Origin: Alphaproteobacteria bacterium
Lineage (GTDB): Bacteria; Pseudomonadota; Alphaproteobacteria; CACZRW01
Assembly: GCA_017507765.1 (NCBI GenBank)
Contig: JAFWAG010000032.1
Span: forward strand, 87,569 to 151,568
Direction: 5' to 3'
DNA length: 64,000 nt
The notes under the pieces were generated by a model. That model ran no database searches. It was not told the DNA's origin and saw nothing but the letters and a program-made list of their open reading frames with translations. Below are positions 48,834-55,859 of this stretch, in pieces; position 1 is the stretch's first letter; every line of letters begins with the position of its first letter. Both the position numbers and the translations under genes were made by a program.

Positions 48834-50651
48834 TTAGGAAACGATTTTTGCGGCTTTCTGACCGCATAATCCATAGCTAACACCTCCTCCAAGCCAGTTG
48901 CGGTGATCTGCCCAGTCGCGAATAGTACAGCCGGCTTTGGTGTTGCCAAGCCAAACGACTATCCCAAAACCAGAGTTTTCTCCGCAACCGTTTGAAGTCC
49001 AATACCAGTTAGTTGGACTGAAAGGGTTGGTTCCGGTATTCCATAAGCCATCGGCTTGTAACTGGGTGGTTGTTTTTACTTCCATGCCAATGCCAGAACA
49101 GAATGTTTGCGCATCCCAATACTTCATGTATCTTGTAGAACGTACCCACCCTTTACCATTAAAATCTTTGCATTCTCCGTCCGTGATAGTACCAAGTGCG
49201 GCACATTTTACATAGCAAGAGCAACATTGACGGTTACCACCGGACGAAGCGCTTATAGAGTTTACCTTGCCATAACCCGAAGAATAGTTATTCAGGACTT
49301 TGGTACAGTCGGTGTTATAGCCTCTAACATACCCATAACGGCAGGCTATGTTACTGCTCATCGCGTTGCTTGTCGTTGCCGTGTTACATTGACTGACGGT
49401 TTCTGATGCAGTTGCTACTCTGCTTCCCACAAAATAGCAAGGCTGGCTTCCCGAACTGCTTGAAGTTGTAATCTGATACCACCCTGAAGCTGCCGAAGTA
49501 TTACTGGCAATAATTCTTTCACAACTGCGATTGATATTGTTATTCCAGCCATAACGGCACTGCACGCTGCTTCCTCCGGCACTGTTGCATTGCGAAATGA
49601 CTTCGGCATTCGTAGCAACACGACTGCCGACAAATACGCACGGCGTTGAAGTAGCTCCGGATGAGGTTGTGATGTTATACCAACCCGTTGCGGCAGAAGT
49701 ATGGCTGGCGATAACTCCGGCGCAGCTTCGGTTAATATTATTGTTCCAACCATAACGGCAAGAAATACTGGAACTATCAGCATTGCATTGGGCGATAATA
49801 TTTGCATTAGACGTAACAACGCCGTTGGTAAATACACAAGGCTGATTGTAAAGAAATGAGGTCTCCGAAGTAGCCAAGGTATAATATCCGGTTTGAGCAA
49901 CTCCTTCGTTTTCTTTATAGGTTGCAGCGATTGCCGCACAAGAAGTGTTGGTGCCTTTTTGGAAGGCTTTTTTACAGGCTTTGTTATCTCCGTTGTTGCA
50001 GTTGATTATGGTTTCTATGGCTTCGTAAGAAGTGTCTGCCCAATCGGCAATGCACTTTCCTTGTAAGCATATTTCATCAACAGATAATTTACTGAAAGAA
50101 CTGCTTTCTAAAACTTCTTTTAACTGTTCTTCGTTAAGGCCGGAGGAAATATCTTTGTCATAAGCAGTGGTTACGACCGGAACTCCCGTCGGCAAAGACG
50201 TAAATCCGTAGCTTGAGACATTTTCTGCCCAAATGCCATTTATTCCCCATGCTTTAGAGGTATCTTGGGCGGAATAGATGCCCGCCGATACGCCAAGCAA
50301 AGAAGCAATCTTGGCGGCTTGGATATCATTGCCTCCGCCGCTTGAAGCTATCATCGCACTGACTTTGCCGGAAGAATCTTTCCGGATACCTATTTGATAA
50401 CCGGATATGTCAATGCCGATATCAGCAGGTTCAATAACTATGGTGCCGACAGATAAAACTTCTTTATTAGCTTCGATGTATTCTCCGGCAGCATTCTTAA
50501 GCAAAAGCAGAGTGTTTGCTTTGTTGATATTTTCTATGTCTTCGCGGCGTTCCGCAACGTGCTTATAAAGTATCGGGGTTAAGGCAGCTATCAACCCTAA
50601 CATAACAATCGCTTCAACGGTAATACTGCCTTTATACTGAGTACGGTTCAT
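48834..50651 (-). CDS. Large type IV pilin-like protein (candidate PilV-like tip adhesin) with Cys-containing repeats and a lectin-like C-terminus
   Basis: 605 aa. The class III leader is MNRTQYKG|SITVEAIVMLGLIAALTPIL, with Gly at -1 and Glu at +5. GGGAG RBS at 50663-50659. Internal repeats span aa 218-480. The C-terminal roughly 100 aa (GWVRSTRYMKYWDAQTFCSGIGM...NWYWTSNGC...VVWLGN...GLCG) look C-type-lectin/DUF1566-like by eye. Confidence 0.75.
   Translation of the reverse strand: MNRTQYKGSITVEAIVMLGLIAALTPILYKHVAERREDIENINKANTLLLLKNAAGEYIEANKEVLSVGTIVIEPADIGIDISGYQIGIRKDSSGKVSAMIASSGGGNDIQAAKIASLLGVSAGIYSAQDTSKAWGINGIWAENVSSYGFTSLPTGVPVVTTAYDKDISSGLNEEQLKEVLESSSFSKLSVDEICLQGKCIADWADTSYEAIETIINCNNGDNKACKKAFQKGTNTSCAAIAATYKENEGVAQTGYYTLATSETSFLYNQPCVFTNGVVTSNANIIAQCNADSSSISCRYGWNNNINRSCAGVIASHTSAATGWYNITTSSGATSTPCVFVGSRVATNAEVISQCNSAGGSSVQCRYGWNNNINRSCERIIASNTSAASGWYQITTSSSSGSQPCYFVGSRVATASETVSQCNTATTSNAMSSNIACRYGYVRGYNTDCTKVLNNYSSGYGKVNSISASSGGNRQCCSCYVKCAALGTITDGECKDFNGKGWVRSTRYMKYWDAQTFCSGIGMEVKTTTQLQADGLWNTGTNPFSPTNWYWTSNGCGENSGFGIVVWLGNTKAGCTIRDWADHRNWLGGGVSYGLCGQKAAKIVS
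49212..50000 (-). repeat. In-frame tandem protein repeats (about 4 units of roughly 60-70 aa) inside the large pilin-like gene
   Basis: The two best units are CRYGWNNNINRSCAGVIASHTSAATGWYNITTSSGATSTPCVFVGSRVATNAEVISQCN and CRYGWNNNINRSCERIIASNTSAASGWYQITTSSSSGSQPCYFVGSRVATASETVSQCN, flanked by degenerate units (CKKAFQKGTNTSCAAIAATYKEN...GYYTLATS...PCVF; CRYGYVRGYNTDCTKVLNNYSS...). The two best units are visibly diverged at the DNA level. Confidence 0.8.
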
Positions 50652-50693
50652 GTGTTTTCTCCCAAGTAAAAAACAAGGCTCTGCACCTCACTG

Positions 50694-50827
50694 GTCTGGG
50701 AGTTCAAACACCGTAGGAACACGGCACAAAGCTTTTAGTATAAACTTGGACATAACTCTGTCTCCCAGACAACGCCTGAGATAAAGAGAGAAATACACAT
50801 ATAGTTCCTATGGGTGTTTGACTTCCC
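50694..50827. promoter_or_regulatory. Competing inverted repeats in the 243-bp leader of the large pilin-like gene (structured 5' leader or invertible segment)
   Basis: GGGAGTTCAAACACCGTAGGAAC (50698-50720) is the near-complement of GTTCCTATGGGTGTTTGACTTCCC (50804-50827): 20 matched positions, 83-bp spacer. GTCTGGGAG (50694-50702) is perfectly complementary to CTCCCAGAC (50762-50770) and shares GGGAG with the outer repeat, so the two pairings are mutually exclusive. A local palindrome TGTCT-CCC-AGACA lies at 50759-50771. Confidence 0.5.
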
Positions 50828-50894
50828 ATTTTGGCTTTATTTACCAAAACGGTTTCATGTTAGGAGATTGATTGAAAAAAGTAAACGATAAAGC

Positions 50895-52013
50895 TTAGGG
50901 TTCGACCGCAACAAAGGCCGTGTAAATCATCTCTATAGCTTCCTGAGTATTCGGACCTAAGGCAGAGATGTCGGCAATGAAATCAGAGAATGCGGGTATT
51001 TCTGACGGCGAACCATTAGCAAGACGATAAGAAGCAACTTCTTTTTCGTCCCATACATCTTTGATATCAGCATAATTCAAAATGCTGCCCGCACCGATTA
51101 AGATGATTTTCTTTACTTCTATCGGTCGATGCTCTGCTGGTAAAACATCGTCTAAGACCGAAGAGAAAAGACGAGCGGCACGATTGAGTTTATATACCGG
51201 AGATTCTTCGTACTTGGTTTCGCTGAACCATAACGGTTCATCATTATCAAAGCCAGATTCATCGGCAATCCATTCATTGCCAACCGGCTCTAAGTTAATC
51301 AGGTAAACTACGCCTTTTGCCAAGACGGCAAAATCAATTGCATCTTTGCCGATTTTCAAGTCTTGAAGCAAACGAACGCCATGTTTTTCCGTAATCTGTA
51401 AAACTTCATACTTAACATCAATACGGCTGACATATTTCGGTTCGGCCAAAGTTTCCGGTGTATCGGAAATAATCCGAGGTAGCGGCTCCAACCTCTCCTC
51501 CCGCTTGGGAAGAACAGGCTCTACCTCCGGAGCAGGAGGCGCAACCGGAGTTTCTACGGTTTCCTTGGCAATGTTCTTTAAATCTGATTTAGCGTGCAAG
51601 GGAGAACGTCCGGACATATTCTTGCCGGTATTTTTCTTTGCCAAAAGTTCTTTTGCCATTACCGAAGGTTCAGGAAATGCGTCCAATGCCAAACGGCGTT
51701 TAACTCTGGCTCTTTCTTTAAAATAGCCCCAAGGCTTTTGCCAGATTTTGCTCCATTTAAGACGGATAACCCAAAACCAAGACAATAAGTAAACCGGCAA
51801 AACCGCAAAGGCAAAAATAAAGAAAGCCAACTCGCCCAAAGAATCTATGACCCAACCGCCTTGCCATTGGGAAGACAGATAGCTCCAATCATCAGGGCTA
51901 TAAAAATCAAAGTTCCAAAAATAAAGGAAAAAGATTTTGACGGCACTAAAGTAAATCAATACCCAAAGTATGCTTAAAAATATAAAGCGAAACAATTTAA
52001 GGGCAAAACTCAC
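50895..52013 (-). CDS. Membrane-anchored protein with a possible degenerate NERD-like C-terminal domain
   Basis: 372 aa with 3-4 N-terminal TMs and a Pro-rich linker (PVAPPAPEVEPVLP). The C-terminus GVRLLQDLKIGKDAIDFAVLAKGVVYLINLEPVGNEW...SPVYKLNRAARLF...IILIG resembles the NERD layout. The lysine of the E-x-K motif is not evident. Confidence 0.35.
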   Translation of the reverse strand: MSFALKLFRFIFLSILWVLIYFSAVKIFFLYFWNFDFYSPDDWSYLSSQWQGGWVIDSLGELAFFIFAFAVLPVYLLSWFWVIRLKWSKIWQKPWGYFKERARVKRRLALDAFPEPSVMAKELLAKKNTGKNMSGRSPLHAKSDLKNIAKETVETPVAPPAPEVEPVLPKREERLEPLPRIISDTPETLAEPKYVSRIDVKYEVLQITEKHGVRLLQDLKIGKDAIDFAVLAKGVVYLINLEPVGNEWIADESGFDNDEPLWFSETKYEESPVYKLNRAARLFSSVLDDVLPAEHRPIEVKKIILIGAGSILNYADIKDVWDEKEVASYRLANGSPSEIPAFSDFIADISALGPNTQEAIEMIYTAFVAVEP

Positions 52014-52076
52014 TTACCGTCTCCTAATATTTAACCGCCAATGACTAAACGATTTTTAGCCATGGCGGTATGAAAA

Positions 52077-52625
52077 CTAGCTTGCTTTTTTTGCCAACTG
52101 TGCCGGAAGGTCTTTAATTGCGTCTTCCAACATCTTTGCACCGGTATTTGGCGCAATCTTGGTAGCAATGATGTCTATTGCGGCTTTAGTCGAAGTATCA
52201 ATAGCGTAATTCTTAACTTCGTCCGTAGCATTCTGCTCTGCCGATTGAATGCGGTCGAAAGCTTGTTCCTCTTTACGGGCAAGCTTTAAGTTCATTTTTT
52301 CTTCCGCTTCTTTTTTCAGCTTTTCGGCATTGATGTAAGCACGGTCTAAAATCGCTTTGGCTTCTTCATCGGCATTTTTGAACTTGCGTTCATATTCTGC
52401 CAACAAAGCCTGAGCTTCGTCTTTAAGCTGGCGAGCTTCATCAATACGTTTGCTGATGCGTTCGGCACGTTGCGCCGTAGCGTTTTTAACCACACGAATT
52501 ATCGGACGGGCAAACACGGCAACAACAATTATAAAAGCTACACTAACCCAAAAACTGGTATCCAGATAAAAGGGAATGGCTTCGTGAGCCGCACCACTGG
52601 CGGCTTGGGCTACGGATATTATCAT
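52077..52625 (-). CDS. atpF: F0F1 ATP synthase subunit b
   Basis: 182 aa with a single N-terminal TM and a long charged helix. It is the last gene of the F0 operon and overlaps b' by 4 nt. Confidence 0.85.
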   Translation of the reverse strand: MIISVAQAASGAAHEAIPFYLDTSFWVSVAFIIVVAVFARPIIRVVKNATAQRAERISKRIDEARQLKDEAQALLAEYERKFKNADEEAKAILDRAYINAEKLKKEAEEKMNLKLARKEEQAFDRIQSAEQNATDEVKNYAIDTSTKAAIDIIATKIAPNTGAKMLEDAIKDLPAQLAKKAS

Positions 52626-53113
52626 GCCTGCTCCTTCAAGGCGGCATCAAGCGCCTTATCAATATCTTCTTTGGAAGGCTTTACTCCGCAAAGTTTTTCA
52701 ACCATGGAGGAAACTACACCTTCGGAAATTGTGCGAACTTCTTTTAAAGCCTCTTCTTTGGCTTTAGCGACTTTGTTTTCGCCTTCTTTTACCCGTTGGG
52801 CAAGTTTGGCGGTAAGTTCTTTATCCTTGCTTGCCGCCAATTCCGCCATTTCGTCCTTGGCTTCGGCAATAATCTTTTTGGCCTCTTTATTAGCACCGGC
52901 CAAAGCTTCTTCATAGGTCCGCAAAGCAGCTTCCGCAGCGGATTTAAGCTCTCCGGCTTTTTTAATATCTTCTTCCACCCGATGCTGACGCTCTTCCAAC
53001 ACTTCGGTTATCGGAGGCAAAGCTACCTTTGACATCAGGACATACAAAAGGGAAAACATTATAACCAGCCAAACAAGCTGGGATAAAAACCATGTCGGAT
53101 CTAATTGAGGCAT
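52622..53113 (-). CDS. F0F1 ATP synthase subunit b'
   Basis: 163 aa with N-terminus MPQLDPTWFLSQLVWLVIMFSLLYVLMSK, typical of b', followed by a charged helix. It lies between atpE and atpF. Confidence 0.85.
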   Translation of the reverse strand: MPQLDPTWFLSQLVWLVIMFSLLYVLMSKVALPPITEVLEERQHRVEEDIKKAGELKSAAEAALRTYEEALAGANKEAKKIIAEAKDEMAELAASKDKELTAKLAQRVKEGENKVAKAKEEALKEVRTISEGVVSSMVEKLCGVKPSKEDIDKALDAALKEQA

Positions 53114-53147
53114 CTTTTAAACTCTTTATCTATAAGAAACAAAGGCA

Positions 53148-53179
53148 CCCCCATAGCTTTTTTAAAAAAGCTTAGGGGG
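53148..53179 (-). other. Intercistronic palindromic hairpin between atpE and the b' gene
   Basis: CCCCCATAGCTTTTTT (53148-53163) pairs with AAAAAAGCTTAGGGGG (53164-53179). The near-palindrome has 2 central mismatches per arm. Confidence 0.4.
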
Positions 53180-53195
53180 ACTTTGTCTTGGGTAA

Positions 53196-53441
53196 TTAGG
53201 CATAAAGGGTGATAAGGGCCAGAACCAACGCATAAAGAGCGATAGCTTCCGTAACCGCAAAACCAGCCCAACCATAAAGGTTTACGTCTGCTTTTACTGA
53301 CGGATTGCGGCCAACCGTGTTGATAACGGATACCCAGATGTTCGCAACCCCTAAAGAGGCGCCAATCATACTTAAGGCACAAAGACCAACACCGATGTAT
53401 TTGGCACCTTCAGCAATAAACTTATAAGCTTCAGCTTCCAT
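53196..53441 (-). CDS. atpE: F0F1 ATP synthase subunit c
   Basis: 81 aa from Met 53441 (MEAEAYKFIAEGAKYIGVGL...). It forms a two-TM hairpin with ARNP-like loop GRNPS and a conserved acidic residue (VTEAIALYALV). The N-terminal extension in the track (to 53513) overlaps atpB. Confidence 0.9.
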   Translation of the reverse strand: MEAEAYKFIAEGAKYIGVGLCALSMIGASLGVANIWVSVINTVGRNPSVKADVNLYGWAGFAVTEAIALYALVLALITLYA

Positions 53442-53487
53442 TTTCTTTTCCTTCCTAAAAAACAAACAACAAAACAAACAAAGACAA

Positions 53488-54216
53488 TTAATGCTCGTGC
53501 AGAGCTTCACCAAGGTAAATACAGGACAAAACCGTAAAGATATATGCCTGTAATAAACCTATACCAATTTCGAACAACACGATAAGGCAGTCGAAAAAGA
53601 GCGGTAAAATACCTCCAACGCCAAGCATAATAACAAAACCGGCAATAACTTTCAGCATAACGTGTCCAACCGTCATATTGGCAGCAAGACGAACGGTTAA
53701 GCTGAACGGCTTTGCTAAAAAGGAGATAATTTCGATAGGTACAAGAACCGGTATCGCAATTAACGGCGAACCCGACGGCGCAAACGTGTGCAGCCAGCCC
53801 CACCCTTTTTTACGGATACCAACCACAACGTTAAGCAAAAATGCAATTAACGCCAATGTGCCAACGGCAGAAACATGGCTGGTAAAGGTAAAAGAATACG
53901 GCAATAAGCCAAGCATATTGCCAAACATAACAAAAATGAAAATCGAGAATATAAACGGAAAATACTTACGACCTTCCGGACCGATATTTTCCTTTACTAT
54001 CCCCGCAACAAACTCGTACAAAACCTCGACAACCGACTGCATAGTGCCGGGTATCAAAGATTTACGGCGCATCGCCAAAACCAAAAACAAAGTGCTTAAA
54101 ACAACGGCAAGCGTCATAAATAAAGCAGAATTCGTAAATGAAATATCATAACCGTTAACTTCTAACGGAATAAGCGGTTTGATATTAAATTGTTCCATAG
54201 GACTAGCCAAAGCCAC
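53488..54216 (-). CDS. atpB: F0F1 ATP synthase subunit a
   Basis: 242 aa polytopic protein with the essential Arg region SLTVRLAANMTVGH. Confidence 0.9.
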   Translation of the reverse strand: MALASPMEQFNIKPLIPLEVNGYDISFTNSALFMTLAVVLSTLFLVLAMRRKSLIPGTMQSVVEVLYEFVAGIVKENIGPEGRKYFPFIFSIFIFVMFGNMLGLLPYSFTFTSHVSAVGTLALIAFLLNVVVGIRKKGWGWLHTFAPSGSPLIAIPVLVPIEIISFLAKPFSLTVRLAANMTVGHVMLKVIAGFVIMLGVGGILPLFFDCLIVLFEIGIGLLQAYIFTVLSCIYLGEALHEH

Positions 54217-54221
54217 ACCTC

Positions 54222-54596
54222 TTATTCTTTATTGTTCCTACCCGCAGATTTTTCTGCGTCTTGCTTTTTCTGCACATCGGAAACCGTACGATAGACATTT
54301 ACAATCCCCGCCGCAGAACCAAGCATTAAAAAGACGATTAAAAACCACGGCGATGTCGATAACAGCTTATCAAAAACAAGACCGATGCCCGCACCAACGA
54401 CAACGCCGCCTAACAGCTCGGTAGCCAGTCTTGCGCCAAGAGCCCAACCAGCAGAGAACTTAAAATCAAACATCTTTTTGGCGGGTTTGCTAAGCTCCCG
54501 AGAGACTTGTTCGATTTTTGCCTCGAACTCTTTGAGTTCTTTTTCTTCGCGTTTCGACAAATGTACTGCTCCTTTAGAGTAACAGACTATAAGCAA
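54222..54596 (-). CDS. atpI: ATP synthase protein I (AtpI-like)
   Basis: 124 aa with two TMs (ATELLGGVVVGAGIGLVFD, PWFLIVFLMLGSAAGIV). It lies directly upstream of atpB. Confidence 0.65.
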   Translation of the reverse strand: MLIVCYSKGAVHLSKREEKELKEFEAKIEQVSRELSKPAKKMFDFKFSAGWALGARLATELLGGVVVGAGIGLVFDKLLSTSPWFLIVFLMLGSAAGIVNVYRTVSDVQKKQDAEKSAGRNNKE

Positions 54597-54638
54597 CGGT
54601 AAGATAAGGAGTAGCCTACTTTATGTCAAGCAAGCTTA

Positions 54639-55340
54639 TTATTTTTTTTCACCTTTTTTCAAAAGCGAGTCCAAATGAGAAAACAATTTGGCTCCGCCGG
54701 CACCGAATTCAACCTGCTCCATTCCTGCCGGAGAAACAACGACAACCGTAGGCGTTCCGTGGATAGAATACTTTGTTGAATCAGCGTCTCTTTTCGCCAA
54801 TAACGCTTTTAAAAGAGCCTTGTTTTCCATACACTCTTTTGCTTTGTCCGCAGACAGTCCGCCAAGAGAAGCATAAGAGGTCAAAATGTTTCCGTAATTC
54901 GGCGATAAAGCCCACTTTCCTTGGGTGGAAAAAACGGTATCAACAAACTGCCAATAAGACTTTTCCGGCATACAATGCGCTATCATAGATGCGGCAGCTG
55001 CTCTGACTTCCAGCGGGAAATCCGAAAAATAAAGCGCAATCTTGCCACTGTCGGCATAACGTTTTTTAAGTTCGGGGAAAATCTTTTCATGAAATACAGC
55101 GCAGTGCGAACAGGTAAAAGAAGAAAAGACATATACGGAAACCGGAGCTTCGGCATTGCCGACATATCTTTCTTTGATAAGACCTTGAATCTCCGGAGAG
55201 TTAACTTTTTCCGGTTCGGCGGCAATTGCTTCGCCTGCACCAATCTGCAATTGGTTGTCTTTAATGTCTTTGACTAGCCATGCGCCGAATAAAACAACCG
55301 CCAGACAAACAGAAGCAATAACACCTATAACCAATTTCAT
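54639..55340 (-). CDS. DsbA-family thiol:disulfide oxidoreductase
   Basis: 233 aa with an N-terminal anchor or signal and a thioredoxin-fold CxxC motif (FTCSHCAVFH). Confidence 0.8.
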   Translation of the reverse strand: MKLVIGVIASVCLAVVLFGAWLVKDIKDNQLQIGAGEAIAAEPEKVNSPEIQGLIKERYVGNAEAPVSVYVFSSFTCSHCAVFHEKIFPELKKRYADSGKIALYFSDFPLEVRAAAASMIAHCMPEKSYWQFVDTVFSTQGKWALSPNYGNILTSYASLGGLSADKAKECMENKALLKALLAKRDADSTKYSIHGTPTVVVVSPAGMEQVEFGAGGAKLFSHLDSLLKKGEKK

Positions 55341-55360
55341 GTTTCATTCTCCTTAATAAA

Positions 55361-55855
55361 TCAGTCAGATGAAGAAGCTATAACCGCTTTTCCCAATCTT
55401 GCCAAGCTTTCTTGCATTTCTTCATCATCAATTCCGGCAAGCAAAGATTTTAAACCGTCGCTTAATTCCGGTGCGGTAGCCGAAGATTTTTCCGATGCCG
55501 TATCTTGCGCCGGAGTAAAAGCTTCCTGCTTTATTTTAATATCGCTGACGGCTTGATAACCAAAAAACGTGTTTATCTTTGCCAAAACGGTAAGCTTGTT
55601 ATGAGACAGCTCTGCCGCAAAAGCTCCGCCCGCCACGGCAACGTGCAAAACCGCATTGTCTCGCTTGCCTTTGGGAAATGCCAGTTTTAAAGGATGGACA
55701 TATTGGGCGGTTTTGGTGCCGATGATATCTTCCCAATTGACGATAATATCAATATCGCTAAAGCCTTTTTTGCCCAAAACAGGCTTTGCCAAACGGCGAA
55801 TGTCAATCCCCAAAGGAGCCATATAATTGCGGCGTTTATCTTCGGAGTCTGTCAT
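55361..55855 (-). CDS. dciA: DUF721 / DciA-like protein (candidate replicative helicase loader)
   Basis: 164 aa. WEDIIGTKTAQYVHPLKLAFPKGKRDNAVLHVAVAGGAFAAELSHNKLTVLAKIN matches the DUF721 pattern by eye. It is located near the dnaN-recF-gyrB block. Confidence 0.55.
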   Translation of the reverse strand: MTDSEDKRRNYMAPLGIDIRRLAKPVLGKKGFSDIDIIVNWEDIIGTKTAQYVHPLKLAFPKGKRDNAVLHVAVAGGAFAAELSHNKLTVLAKINTFFGYQAVSDIKIKQEAFTPAQDTASEKSSATAPELSDGLKSLLAGIDDEEMQESLARLGKAVIASSSD

Positions 55856-55859
55856 CTTT

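Noticed and set aside
48834-49300. R64-type shufflon (multiple inverted sfx repeats and alternative C-terminal segments) at the 3' end of the large pilin-like gene
   Set aside because: I noticed no inverted repeats, no silent alternative C-terminal cassettes and no rci-type recombinase downstream. The gene ends 18 nt from the convergent slt gene.
49415-49939. 174-aa minus-strand ORF inside the large pilin-like gene
   Set aside because: It is an alternative frame of the repeat region and has no independent start signal. The 605-aa frame has a prepilin leader and a coherent domain structure.
50652-50894. Known small RNA (6S, SRP/4.5S, tmRNA, RNase P) in the 243-bp gap
   Set aside because: I found no SRP GGAA/AGCA motif, no tRNA-like end or tag ORF, and no extended closing stem of 6S type. 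I kept it only as an unclassified structured or inverted-repeat leader.
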